Source of the DNA: Gemmiger formicilis | GTDB taxonomy: Bacteria; Bacillota_I; Bacilli_A; RFN20; CAG-826 | Length of the DNA: 40,988 nucleotides | Assembly: GCA_963626345.1 (NCBI GenBank) | Contig: CAVFXI010000021.1 | Coordinates: forward strand, 1 to 40,988 | Direction: 5' to 3' | Shown: piece after piece, positions 24,345 to 33,863 of the stretch | Layout: every line of letters begins with the position of its first letter | How positions within the stretch are numbered: position 1 is the first letter of the stretch | Position numbers and translations under genes: made by a program | Notes under the pieces: model-generated | What the model saw: only the letters and a program-made list of their open reading frames with translations | Told to the model about the DNA's origin: nothing | The model's database searches: none

Positions 24345-24386
24345 AATAAAAAAATCACGAATGATTCATTGATAAATCATTCGTGA
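24345..24386 (-). terminator. rho-independent terminator of pckA
   Basis: 12-bp perfect stem TCACGAATGATT-N8-AATCATTCGTGA, followed on the minus strand by a T7 run. Confidence 0.8.
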
Positions 24387-24417
24387 AATTTTAGTTAAAT
24401 TTTGTATATGTTTACGC

Positions 24418-26025
24418 TTATTTTAATTTTGGACCTGCTTCAACAAGATCTTTACCTTCTTTGGTGGATTCATATTTAACGAAGTTCTTTTGGAAACGTT
24501 GTGCAAGATCAATTGCTTTAGTTTCCCAAACTTTTGGATCAGCATATGTATCTCTTGGATCTAAAATGTGGGTATCAACACCATCTAAAGTTGTTGGAAT
24601 TTCAAAATCAAAAATTGGAAGTTTTTTAGTTTGAGCCTTTAAAATTGAACCATTTAAAATTGCATCAATAATGCCTCTTGTATCTTTAATGGAAATACGT
24701 TTTCCGCTACCATTCCATCCAGTATTAACAAGATAAGCTTTTGCTCCACTCTTTTGCATTTTCTTTACTAATTCTTCAGCATATTTAGTTGGAGGTAATT
24801 CAAGGAATGCTTGGCCGAAACATGCGCTAAATGTAGGTGTTGGTTCGGTAATTCCTCTTTCGGTACCTGCTAATTTTGCAGTAAATCCACTTAAGAAATA
24901 ATACTTAGTTTGTTCAGGAGTTAAAATTGAAACTGGAGGCAAAACACCAAATGCATCTGCTGATAAGAAAATAACATTCTTAGCAGCTGGACCATGTGAA
25001 ATTGGTTTTACAATATTTTCAATGTGATCAATTGGATATGAAACACGAGTATTTTCGGTAACTGATTTATCATTGAAATCAATCTTGCCATTCTTATCAA
25101 CAGTAACGTTTTCAAGTAATGCATCTCTTCTAATCGCATTATAAATATCTGGTTCACTATCTTTATCAAGGTTGATAACTTTTGCATAACAACCGCCTTC
25201 AAAATTGAAGACACCATTATCATCCCATCCATGTTCATCATCACCAATTAATAAACGTTTTGGATCGGTTGAAAGTGTTGTTTTTCCAGTTCCTGATAAA
25301 CCGAAGAAAATAGCTGTATTTTCACCATTTAAATCAGTATTTGCGGAACAATGCATTGAAGCGATACCTTTTAATGGTAAGAAGTAGTTCATCATTGAGA
25401 ACATACCTTTCTTCATCTCGCCACCATACCATGTATTAACAATAACTTGTTCTTTTGTAGTAATGTTAAACATAATACAAGTTTCGCTATTTAAACCTAA
25501 TTCTTTATAGTTTGTAACTTTAGCTTTACTTGCATTATAAACAACAAAATCTGGTTTAAAGTTCTTTAATTCTTCTTCTGTTGGTCTAATAAACATGTTC
25601 TTAACAAAATGAGCTTGCCATGCGACTTCAACAATAAATCTAACGGCCATTCTTGTATCTTTATTAGCACCACAATAACCATCAACAACAAAAAGTCTCT
25701 TATTTGATAATTCTTTTTGAGCTAAAGCTTTAACTGAATCCCAAGCTTCTTTACTTGCTCTATGGTTATCATTTTTATAACCTTCACTTGTCCACCAAAC
25801 AGTATTTTCTGAATTTTCATCAACAACGATATATTTATCCTTTGGTGATCTACCGGTATAAACACCAGTCATGACATTAACTGCACCAAGTTCGGTTAAT
25901 TGACCTTTTTCATAGCCAGTTAATTCTTCCTTCATTTCTTCTTCAAATAATTGTTCATAAGAAGGGTTATAAACAACTTCTTTTGTACCTGTAATTCCGT
26001 ACAAAGTTAAATCTAATGAATTCAT
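24418..26025 (-). CDS. pckA: phosphoenolpyruvate carboxykinase (ATP)
   Basis: About 535 aa with the kinase-1a motif GLSGTGKTT and the PckA-specific motifs GGEMKKG and [14 protein letters not shown] lies directly against the first ATG (26034) and 9 nt from the second ATG (26025), so the latter is preferred. Confidence 0.95.
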   Translation of the reverse strand: MNSLDLTLYGITGTKEVVYNPSYEQLFEEEMKEELTGYEKGQLTELGAVNVMTGVYTGRSPKDKYIVVDENSENTVWWTSEGYKNDNHRASKEAWDSVKALAQKELSNKRLFVVDGYCGANKDTRMAVRFIVEVAWQAHFVKNMFIRPTEEELKNFKPDFVVYNASKAKVTNYKELGLNSETCIMFNITTKEQVIVNTWYGGEMKKGMFSMMNYFLPLKGIASMHCSANTDLNGENTAIFFGLSGTGKTTLSTDPKRLLIGDDEHGWDDNGVFNFEGGCYAKVINLDKDSEPDIYNAIRRDALLENVTVDKNGKIDFNDKSVTENTRVSYPIDHIENIVKPISHGPAAKNVIFLSADAFGVLPPVSILTPEQTKYYFLSGFTAKLAGTERGITEPTPTFSACFGQAFLELPPTKYAEELVKKMQKSGAKAYLVNTGWNGSGKRISIKDTRGIIDAILNGSILKAQTKKLPIFDFEIPTTLDGVDTHILDPRDTYADPKVWETKAIDLAQRFQKNFVKYESTKEGKDLVEAGPKLK

Positions 26026-26094
26026 ATAATTCATCCTCCTGTCCTGCCGTTAATTATTCTATACTTTTTTACAAAAATATAAATATTTTTGCAT

Positions 26095-26137
26095 CTAAAA
26101 AAATTCGATATTTTTAAATCTATAAAATATCGAATTT
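26095..26137 (-). terminator. rho-independent terminator of the 465-aa membrane protein gene
   Basis: 14-bp perfect stem AAATTCGATATTTT-N9-AAAATATCGAATTT, followed on the minus strand by a T run. Confidence 0.75.
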
Positions 26138-26145
26138 AATTTTAA

Positions 26146-27543
26146 TTAATTATATTTTTCTTCTAATTTCTTTAACTCTTCTTCGTATTTATCAAATTCA
26201 CTATTAATGTTATTGATTTCTTCTTTACCATCACTAATGCTTTTATCGATATTTGCCTTATATTTTTCATATTCTGTATCAAAATTTGCTAATTGATCTT
26301 TATATTTATTTACAGTGTCAATTAATTCATTAATTTTAGTTTTCCCTACTTCAATCAATTTAACAAGATCATCATTAATCAAAGAATCTAAGTTTTTATC
26401 TAGTAAATCAAAGAATTCATTTAAATTAGAAACTTCAAAAGCAGTTGAATCAAAGTTTGAATAACCAAAATTAAAATTTCCTAAAAATGAAAACATTGAA
26501 GGTAAATATTGTTTATAAGATCCATCAATATCCTTTATTTTTGCATAGTATTGGTTAGCATTTGTTGTAACATTAGATAATGTTTCTAAATAATTATCAA
26601 CATTACCTGTCTGGCTTGCATAATTATTAACTTCATTTTTTAACTTATAATATTCCTCTTTCGAACTATTAAAACTTGTAAATGCATCATTAACTTTAGA
26701 GTCATATTCATCATATTTGTTTTTAATTTCATTAACTACATATCTATCTTCAGTGCTTAATGATTTAGAAGACAATGCATTGATTCTATTCCCAAAATCA
26801 TCGTATCTATCTTTAAGATTATTGATATCAGTATCAAATTCAAGAATTGTCGATTCATAAGAATTTACTTCTGTATTTACTTTGTTAAGTTTTTCGGTTG
26901 CATCTTTTAATTCAGTTGAATAACTCTGAGCCATATTATTAGTATCATTTAAAAAAGTCACTAAATTGCTAAGGTTTTCATTCTCAGAATAGTTTGCAAC
27001 CTTTGTAACATTATTAGAAAGCATATACACTGGCGAGAAAGTAAAAGTAACAAAAGTTAATGCTAATACCAAACTAACACCAACACTTATAAGCATTTTA
27101 GGGAGCTTCTTGATTGTTCTTGCTTTCTTTCTAAATATTGCATAAATTCCCCATCCAATTGCATAAGCTAAAATAAGAGAAACTATACTAGACACTATAA
27201 AGAAAACTGAATGAACTACTGAATAACCAACTTGAACATAAAGATCATCATTTGCAAAAGTTGGATTAATCCCGCCTAAAGTAATTCCAAGTTGTTTTGC
27301 TAAATCGTTTAAAGAATTATTAACATTGTTAACAGAACCACCTATATTCATTTGACCAATCTGACTTATAGAATAACCTGTAAGCCCAATTAGTTGATCT
27401 TGAAAACCAACCAAAACATTATAAAAAATAAATGTGAAGGCAATGAATAAAACTAAATCAATTCCGCATTTAACTGGATTTCTTAAAAGCCCCATAACCG
27501 TAATCAAAACGATTAAAACAATAATAACAATATCAATAATCAT
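26146..27543 (-). CDS. membrane protein: CvpA-like 4-TM N-terminal domain fused to a ~290-aa N/D/K/E/Y-rich coiled-coil domain
   Basis: 465 aa with four predicted TMs in the first ~175 aa (the N-terminus MIIDIVIIVLIVLITVMGLLR resembles CvpA-family starts). The rest is heptad-like and low-complexity. GGAGAGG SD upstream. Confidence 0.6.
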   Translation of the reverse strand: MIIDIVIIVLIVLITVMGLLRNPVKCGIDLVLFIAFTFIFYNVLVGFQDQLIGLTGYSISQIGQMNIGGSVNNVNNSLNDLAKQLGITLGGINPTFANDDLYVQVGYSVVHSVFFIVSSIVSLILAYAIGWGIYAIFRKKARTIKKLPKMLISVGVSLVLALTFVTFTFSPVYMLSNNVTKVANYSENENLSNLVTFLNDTNNMAQSYSTELKDATEKLNKVNTEVNSYESTILEFDTDINNLKDRYDDFGNRINALSSKSLSTEDRYVVNEIKNKYDEYDSKVNDAFTSFNSSKEEYYKLKNEVNNYASQTGNVDNYLETLSNVTTNANQYYAKIKDIDGSYKQYLPSMFSFLGNFNFGYSNFDSTAFEVSNLNEFFDLLDKNLDSLINDDLVKLIEVGKTKINELIDTVNKYKDQLANFDTEYEKYKANIDKSISDGKEEINNINSEFDKYEEELKKLEEKYN

Positions 27544-27737
27544 ATGAATATCCTCTCCCTTATTAATATTATTATATATAAAAAATTGGTCTTTTCATAT
27601 TTAAACAAAAATTTAATATTTAGAAATTTTTCAATATCTACTAAAAAGAGATTATAAAAGTCAAATCTAAATTGCAATAAAACCAAATAACAACGATAAT
27701 ATTAAGGTTATTAAAATAACGGAGGGAATTTTTATTT

Positions 27738-28628
27738 ATGAAAAAATTGTCAATTTTTATCGATTCTACAGGTGACTTGGATTTAGAACTTCGTAAAAAA
27801 TACGACATCGATTATTGTGCAATGAGTTTTTCTTTTAAAGATAAAGAAGTTGTTGCATCTTTAGATTGGGATCAAGGATATGATCCTCATAGTTTCTACG
27901 ATGTTATGCGTTCAGGAGAAAGAGTCTTCACTTCTCAAGTTTCAAGAGGCGAATTCGAAAAGAAATTCACTGAAACTTTAGAAAAAGGAAACGATATTTT
28001 ATATATAGCTTGTTCATCAGCGCTTTCAAAATCTGTTGATATGGGAAAAACAGTTGCTGAAGAATTAAGCAAGAAATACAAGGATAATAAAATTGTTATT
28101 ATCGATTCATTGATTTCTGGATATGCTCAAGGTGATATGGCAATTAGAGCAAGAGAGATGGATAAAGAAGGAAAAAGTTTAGAAGAAATTACTGCTTGGT
28201 TAGAAGAAAACAAATTGAAATACAACCAATGGGCTGCTGTTGATAATTTGAATTACCTTAAAAGAGCAGGTCGTGTTAAAGCATCAAGCGCTTTCTTTGG
28301 TAATTTATTTGGTGTTAAGCCAATTGTTATCTCTGATGTTAATGGTGCAAACTATGCCATTGAAAAAGTAAAAGGTAGAAAACAATCATTAATTAAAATT
28401 GTTGAAGAAGCCATTAGAACTGCAGAAGATATTGAAAATCAAACAATTTATATTGCTCATTCAGATGATCTTGAAGGAGCAGAATTCTGCAAAGCTGAAT
28501 TACTAAAAAGAGTTAAACCAAAGGCAGTCCACTTAGGAATACTTGGACCTATCATTGGTGCTTCAACAGGTCCAGGAACTATCGGTATTTATTCCTTCGG
28601 TGAAAAAGTAACCGCAGTAGGTAAATAA
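27738..28628 (+). CDS. DegV-family fatty-acid-binding protein (FakB-type)
   Basis: 296 aa. IFIDSTGDL at the N-terminus and overall DegV organisation. GGAGGG SD upstream. Confidence 0.9.
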   Translation: MKKLSIFIDSTGDLDLELRKKYDIDYCAMSFSFKDKEVVASLDWDQGYDPHSFYDVMRSGERVFTSQVSRGEFEKKFTETLEKGNDILYIACSSALSKSVDMGKTVAEELSKKYKDNKIVIIDSLISGYAQGDMAIRAREMDKEGKSLEEITAWLEENKLKYNQWAAVDNLNYLKRAGRVKASSAFFGNLFGVKPIVISDVNGANYAIEKVKGRKQSLIKIVEEAIRTAEDIENQTIYIAHSDDLEGAEFCKAELLKRVKPKAVHLGILGPIIGASTGPGTIGIYSFGEKVTAVGK

Positions 28629-28629
28629 A

Positions 28630-30315
28630 ATGAACTCCATTGATGGAAAAACCTACGAAGCTATAGTTCTTAATGGTTTTAAAGACCTTAAAAGTCATTA
28701 TCAAACCGTAAATGAATTAAATGTATTCCCAGTACCTGATGGCGATACAGGAACAAATATTTGTGCTACTCTTGATGGTGGTATAAAAGCTATGAAGAGA
28801 GCCAACAAAACTAATCTGGGTGATGTTGCAACTAAATGCTCTGAAGGGATGCTTTTAGGTGCAAGAGGTAATTCTGGTGTTATCACTTCTCAATTCTTTG
28901 CTGGCATATCAGATGCTTTGAAGGGTCTTAAAAAAGCAAATGTTAAACAATTCGCTTCTGCCCTTAAAAATGGAACGCGTGTCGCTTATAAAGCTGTTCC
29001 AAATCCTGTTGAAGGAACGATATTAACAGTTGCAAGAGAAGGAACAGATTATGTAAATGATCACATTAATCAAATTCAAGATTTTGAAACGCTTTTCAAG
29101 ATGCTTCTTGAAGAAATGAAAAAATCATTAGATAAAACTCCTGACTTACTCCCTGTTTTAAAAGAAGCAGGAGTTATCGACTCTGGTGGCGCTGGACTTT
29201 TATATATTATCGAAGGCATGAGCAAAAAGATAATGGGTGAAGATGTTGCTGATACAATCTTTAATGGCCCTACCACTAATGTAGATGTTGGCGATGCTGA
29301 AATTTTTAATGAAGACTCAAAATTAGATTATGGTTATTGCACTGAATTTATTTTGCAGCTTTTAAAATCGAAAGAAGATCCAGCAAAAGTAGATCTTCAA
29401 TCTTTTATTGATTACTTCTCAACAATAGGAGATTCGATTGTTGCAATTAAACAAAATACAATTATCAAAATACATGTTCACACTAAAGAACCATGGAAAG
29501 TTATTAAGTTTGCTCAACAATATGGGGAATTTGTAACTTTTAAAATGGAAAACATGACTATTCAACATAATGAAAAACTTTTAAAACAAATGCCAATTCA
29601 TGGCAAAGGTGTAAAAGTATCTAATGATATTAAACCTGAACCATTAAATCACTCAAAAGTACAATTAATAACTGTTGCTCCATCCCCTGAAATTGGAAAA
29701 ATATTCAAAGAAATGGGGGTTGCAGGAGTTATTGCTGGTGGGCAAACAATGAATCCATCAGCTCAAGACTTCTTAAATATGTTTGATTATGTTAATGCTG
29801 ATGAAATCATTGTATTTCCAAATAATGGCAATGTCATCATGACCGCAGAACAAGCAGCAAAACTTTATTCAAAATCACGCGTTCATGTTCTCCACTCTAA
29901 ATCTGTTGTTCAAGCATATTCTGCTATGAAAATGGCTGACTTTGATAATTCAATTGAAGAAAATATTAAAATGATGGAAGAACAAATGAATGCAGTTGTT
30001 TCTTTAGAAATGTCTAAATCAATTAGAGATTCTAAAAACAATGGCATAAGTATTAAAAAGAATGATTTTATTGGAATCATGGATGGGAAAATCGTTTCGC
30101 ACGATAGAGCGATAATCCCAGCTACTAAAAAAATGATGAAACTTGTTCCAAATATGGATGATAAAGCAATTATTACGATTTTCTATGGGAAAAATGCTAC
30201 AGAAAAAATGAAAGTAGACTTAAAATCAGCATTAGAAAAAGAATATCCAATGATGGATATACTCGAAGTTGATGGCGGTCAACCAGTCTACCATTTTGTA
30301 ATTGCAATAGAATAA
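28630..30315 (+). CDS. fakA: DAK2-domain protein, YloV/FakA-type fatty acid kinase subunit
   Basis: 561 aa with an N-terminal Dak2 domain (LNVFPVPDGDTGTN, GARGNSGVI) and a YloV-type C-terminal domain. The gene starts 1 nt after the degV stop. Confidence 0.85.
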   Translation: MNSIDGKTYEAIVLNGFKDLKSHYQTVNELNVFPVPDGDTGTNICATLDGGIKAMKRANKTNLGDVATKCSEGMLLGARGNSGVITSQFFAGISDALKGLKKANVKQFASALKNGTRVAYKAVPNPVEGTILTVAREGTDYVNDHINQIQDFETLFKMLLEEMKKSLDKTPDLLPVLKEAGVIDSGGAGLLYIIEGMSKKIMGEDVADTIFNGPTTNVDVGDAEIFNEDSKLDYGYCTEFILQLLKSKEDPAKVDLQSFIDYFSTIGDSIVAIKQNTIIKIHVHTKEPWKVIKFAQQYGEFVTFKMENMTIQHNEKLLKQMPIHGKGVKVSNDIKPEPLNHSKVQLITVAPSPEIGKIFKEMGVAGVIAGGQTMNPSAQDFLNMFDYVNADEIIVFPNNGNVIMTAEQAAKLYSKSRVHVLHSKSVVQAYSAMKMADFDNSIEENIKMMEEQMNAVVSLEMSKSIRDSKNNGISIKKNDFIGIMDGKIVSHDRAIIPATKKMMKLVPNMDDKAIITIFYGKNATEKMKVDLKSALEKEYPMMDILEVDGGQPVYHFVIAIE

Positions 30316-30340
30316 CGGCTTCAATAGCCGTTTTCTTTTT
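30315..30340 (+). terminator. rho-independent terminator after fakA
   Basis: ACGGCT-TCAAT-AGCCGT followed by TTTTCTTTTT. A second, imperfect hairpin with a T run follows at about 30345-30384. Confidence 0.8.
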
Positions 30341-30418
30341 CTATAAATCATTCGTGATTTTAATTAATCAAAAATGATTTTTTTATGACTAATTCAATAA
30401 TATTTCATCCATAAATAT

Positions 30419-30433
30419 TGTTCTTAGAGAACA
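30419..30433 (+). promoter_or_regulatory. 6-3-6 palindrome TGTTCT-TAG-AGAACA upstream of the kinase gene; candidate operator
   Basis: Read directly from the sequence. It overlaps a possible TTGTTC-N17-TATGTA promoter about 90 nt upstream of the ATG. Confidence 0.35.
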
Positions 30434-30519
30434 TAAAAACTATGTAAACCATTTAAAATAATGTTTTTAAAAATAATTTATTATAGAATTAATTAAATAG
30501 TTTGAAGGGATAATTAAAT

Positions 30520-31521
30520 ATGAAAAAAGAAAAAGATATCGTTGGTTTAGGCGAAATGATGCTTCGTTTAACTGCACCTAGGGGAAGACTCATTCCAGAT
30601 GCAGGAGAATTCCAAGCTAGTTATGGTGGCGGAGAAGCTAATGTTTTAATTTCTTTATCACACTTAAAACATAAATGTGTTTATCTTTCTAGATTACCAA
30701 TTGATGATTTAGGAAATGCTTGTAAAAAGAAACTACTTGCTCACGAAGTTGATTGTTCAAATATTATTCATGATCACCATAGTTTTGGAATGTATTTTGT
30801 AGACATTGCAGAAGGCAGTAGAAGTTCAAATACTTTATATAATCGTAAACATAGTAGTGCCTCGCATATGAAACCAACTGATTTCGATTTTGATAAAATT
30901 TTTGCTAATGCAGAAATGTTTTATTTAACAGGAATTACACTCGCAATTTCAAAAGAGGCGAGAGAAACTGCACTTCTTGCACTTAAAAAAGCTAGGGAAC
31001 ATGGAGTAAAAGTCATATTTGATTTCAACTACCGTTCAAGACTACTTTCATTAGATGATGCTAAAAAAATTTATCCATTAGTTATTGATTATTGTGATGT
31101 AGTATTTGCTTCACCATTCGATTTCAAAACTTTATTAAATTTTGAACCCGAAGAAACTGATGATGATAAATTATTCTTTGATGCAATGAAACACTATAAA
31201 CTAGATAGAGTTTATACAAAACATAGAAAAATTATTGCAAGTAACGAACACATTTTAAATGGAATTGCTTATACAAAAGATGGCAAATACGAAAGTGGCG
31301 AAATGAATTGCTTAATTTATGATCGTATTGGTGCTGGAGATGCTTATGCTGCAGGTGTCATTCATGGATATTTAAAAGGTTATAACGAAGAAAAAACATT
31401 ATGTTTAGGAATTGCAAACGCGATTTTAAAACAATCGTTATTTGGTGATTATGCCAAGTTCAATGAATCCACTCTATTAGATTTTATAGCTAGTAAAGGG
31501 AAAGGCGAAATTAAAAGATAA
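30520..31521 (+). CDS. kdgK: PfkB-family sugar kinase, 2-dehydro-3-deoxygluconokinase-like
   Basis: 333 aa. The N-terminus VGLGEMMLRL...F...YGGGEANV and the C-terminal DRIGAGDAYAAG motif are typical of KdgK-type ribokinase-fold enzymes. Confidence 0.7.
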   Translation: MKKEKDIVGLGEMMLRLTAPRGRLIPDAGEFQASYGGGEANVLISLSHLKHKCVYLSRLPIDDLGNACKKKLLAHEVDCSNIIHDHHSFGMYFVDIAEGSRSSNTLYNRKHSSASHMKPTDFDFDKIFANAEMFYLTGITLAISKEARETALLALKKAREHGVKVIFDFNYRSRLLSLDDAKKIYPLVIDYCDVVFASPFDFKTLLNFEPEETDDDKLFFDAMKHYKLDRVYTKHRKIIASNEHILNGIAYTKDGKYESGEMNCLIYDRIGAGDAYAAGVIHGYLKGYNEEKTLCLGIANAILKQSLFGDYAKFNESTLLDFIASKGKGEIKR

Positions 31522-31550
31522 AAAAATGGCTCAAAACGAGCCATTTTTTA
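31521..31550. terminator. bidirectional rho-independent terminator between kdgK and fhs
   Basis: ATGGCTC-AAAAC-GAGCCAT stem flanked by A6 and T6. Confidence 0.8.
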
Positions 31551-31563
31551 ATATCAGTAATTT

Positions 31564-33165
31564 TTACATCAAAGTTGCTTGAGGAACTTTTGGTAATCCC
31601 GGCATTGTTAAAATATTTCCAGTTAAAACAACAATAAATTCAGCTCCATTTGATAACTTTACTTCTCTTACAGTAATTTTGAAGTTTCTTGGGCAATTTA
31701 ATAATTTAGGGTTATCACTAAAACTTGATGGGGTTTTTGCCATGCAAACAACAAGATTTTCTTTATTCAATTTCTTGATTCTTTCAATATCTTCAAGTGC
31801 TTTAGGAGTATATTCAACACCATCCGCTCTATAAATATTTTTTGCAATATTTAAAATTTTATTTTCAATTGAATCATTTAAATCATATAAAGGTTTATAA
31901 TTTGTTTTCTTTGTAGCTAAGCATTCTAAAACCTTATTAGCAAGATCCACTGCTCCTTCTCCACCTTTTAAGAAGCCATCAAGGAAGGCAACTTCATAGC
32001 CTTTTTCTTTGCACCAATTTGTCAAAAATTTAACTTCATTTTCACTATCACTAGCAAAATGATTAATAGCAATAACAACAGGGATTCCGAATTTTCTTAA
32101 GTTTTCATAATGTTGTTCTAAATTTTTGACACCATCTTTTAATGCATCTATATTTTCGTTATTCAAATCTTCGAAAAGTACACCACCATGCATTTTTAAA
32201 GCTCTAATTGTTGCGACTAACACTGCCATATTTGGAGTAAGTTCTCCAACCCTACATTTAATATCAAGGAACTTTTCCGCACCTAAATCCGCTGCAAAAC
32301 CAGCCTCAGTAATAACAATTGGCGATAATTTTAAAGCTAATTTAGTAGCAATTAAACTTGAACAACCATGAGCTATATTCGCAAATGGTCCACCATGAAC
32401 CAAGCATGGATTATTCTCGGCAGTTTGGACAATATTAGGCCATAAAGCATATCTCATAATTTTCATAATTGCATTTGTAATATGCAAATCTTTTAGATAA
32501 ACAGGTTCATCATTATAGTTATAAGCAACGATGATATTTTCAAGTCTTCTAACAAAGTCTTCTTCATCTTTTGCGATACAAAGTATCGCCATCAACTCGC
32601 TAGCAACAGTTATTTCAAAATGATCTTTTCTTTGAACTCCGTTTTTATCACCAAAACCAATTTCAATATCTCTCAATTCACGATCATTTGTATCGATTGC
32701 TCTTTTCCATAAAATTTTATCTTTATTAATGTTAAGTTCGTTACCTTGATAAATATGATTATCAATAATTGCAGCAATTAAATTAATTGAGGAAGTTAAA
32801 CAATGCATATCTCCAGTAAAATGAAGATTTATGTCTTCTTGTGGTTCAATTGTAACCTTTCCTCCGCCAGTCGCTCCACCTTTAAGACCAAATACTGGCC
32901 CCATTGAAGGTTCTCTTAAGCAAAGAAGTGCTTTCTGATGTAATTTTGCAAGTCCATCAAGCAAAGCAATACTAGTTGTTGTTTTGCCTTCGCCTGCTTT
33001 TGTAGGAGTAATTGCAGTAACAAGGACTAATTTTCCGTCAGGATTATTTTTACTTCTTTCATAAACATTAGGATGAATCTTAGCTTTATAGTTTCCATAT
33101 AATTCTAATTCATCTTGGTTAATACCTATTTTCTTCGCTACTTTTGAAATATTTTCTAAACTCAT
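31564..33165 (-). CDS. fhs: formate--tetrahydrofolate ligase
   Basis: 533 aa with PTKAGEGKTT, EPSMGPVFGLKGGA and GGPFANIAHG motifs. GGGAGGAAG SD upstream. The start shares one base with the tcdA stop (TAATG). Confidence 0.95.
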   Translation of the reverse strand: MSLENISKVAKKIGINQDELELYGNYKAKIHPNVYERSKNNPDGKLVLVTAITPTKAGEGKTTTSIALLDGLAKLHQKALLCLREPSMGPVFGLKGGATGGGKVTIEPQEDINLHFTGDMHCLTSSINLIAAIIDNHIYQGNELNINKDKILWKRAIDTNDRELRDIEIGFGDKNGVQRKDHFEITVASELMAILCIAKDEEDFVRRLENIIVAYNYNDEPVYLKDLHITNAIMKIMRYALWPNIVQTAENNPCLVHGGPFANIAHGCSSLIATKLALKLSPIVITEAGFAADLGAEKFLDIKCRVGELTPNMAVLVATIRALKMHGGVLFEDLNNENIDALKDGVKNLEQHYENLRKFGIPVVIAINHFASDSENEVKFLTNWCKEKGYEVAFLDGFLKGGEGAVDLANKVLECLATKKTNYKPLYDLNDSIENKILNIAKNIYRADGVEYTPKALEDIERIKKLNKENLVVCMAKTPSSFSDNPKLLNCPRNFKITVREVKLSNGAEFIVVLTGNILTMPGLPKVPQATLM

Positions 33166-33863
33166 TATTCTTCCTCCCTTATATTTAACATATCCCTTAA
33201 TGCGTAACTTGCCATCGCAAGTCCCGATGCATTAGGAGTAAATACCATTGATGAAACAATTCTATCTTTGATTATAGGTTTTTCTAAAGAAAAAGAAACA
33301 ATAACATTTGAAATATCTACGTAATTTTCTTTTAACAAATACCTTAATTTTTTGGCTAAAGGGTCGGTCGTTGTTTTATTTAATTTCGTAATAACCACTT
33401 TTGTTGGATCAAGTCTATTCCCCATTCCTAAACTAGAAATTATTTTAATTTTATGGTCTTTACAATATTTGATTAATAAAACTTTTGCCCTAATATCATC
33501 AATGCAATCGAAAACATAATCACAATTATCAAAAATTTTAAAATCAAAATTCTCATCAATTTTTGAAAAAACCATATCTATTTCCGCTTCTTTTCTTAAT
33601 TGAAGCATGTGTGACTTTAAAGATTCAACTTTGCTCTCACCTATATCATCTATAGAATAAGCGAATTGTCTATTAAGATTTGATTTATCAACTCTATCAA
33701 AATCAACTAATACAAATTTATAAATTCCAGACCTTAATAAAGCTAGAGGTATTATCGAACCAACTCCACCATTACCACAAACTGCAACTTTTTTAGTTTT
33801 TAAAATAGATAAATTTTCTTCGCCAATTAACAGTTTTGTTCGATCATCGAATTGTTTTTCCAT
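33165..33863 (-). CDS. tcdA: tRNA threonylcarbamoyladenosine dehydratase (ThiF/MoeB-fold, TcdA-like)
   Basis: About 232 aa with a Rossmann motif VAVCGNGGVGS, DFDRVDKSNLNRQ and a TcdA-like N-terminus (F.DRTKLLIGEENL). The ATG at 33863 is 9 nt after a GGAGG; the track start at 33869 is a TTG. Confidence 0.8.
   Translation of the reverse strand: MEKQFDDRTKLLIGEENLSILKTKKVAVCGNGGVGSIIPLALLRSGIYKFVLVDFDRVDKSNLNRQFAYSIDDIGESKVESLKSHMLQLRKEAEIDMVFSKIDENFDFKIFDNCDYVFDCIDDIRAKVLLIKYCKDHKIKIISSLGMGNRLDPTKVVITKLNKTTTDPLAKKLRYLLKENYVDISNVIVSFSLEKPIIKDRIVSSMVFTPNASGLAMASYALRDMLNIREEE

Noticed and set aside
24372-24386. 15-nt identity ATAAATCATTCGTGA shared with 30343-30357, and a similar TTTCACG(C/A)ATGA arm in the PFOR terminator (18106-18119). 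This raised the possibility of a REP-like dispersed repeat.
   Set aside because: All copies are arms of ordinary terminator hairpins. The shared length is only marginally beyond chance for a 41-kb AT-rich window searched on both strands. Flanks do not align and there are no terminal repeats or target duplications. A genome-wide count would be needed to revive the idea.
6542-26034. Longer N-terminal extensions offered by the ORF track: 6542 TTG for the ArsR gene, 10072 TTG for sdaA, 17982 GTG for hlyIII, 21760 for PFOR, 24338 TTG for ABC-F and 26034 for pckA. The 33869 TTG for tcdA lies outside this span.
   Set aside because: In each case a downstream ATG is correctly spaced from a GGAGG-type SD, which the longer ORF would translate through. 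Alternatively, the downstream ATG matches the conserved family N-terminus. The shorter coordinates are used in the feature list.
26035-26094. cre (CcpA) site upstream of pckA.
   Set aside because: No sequence approximating TGWAANCGNTNWCA was found in the pckA upstream region. Only AT-rich promoter-like sequence is present.
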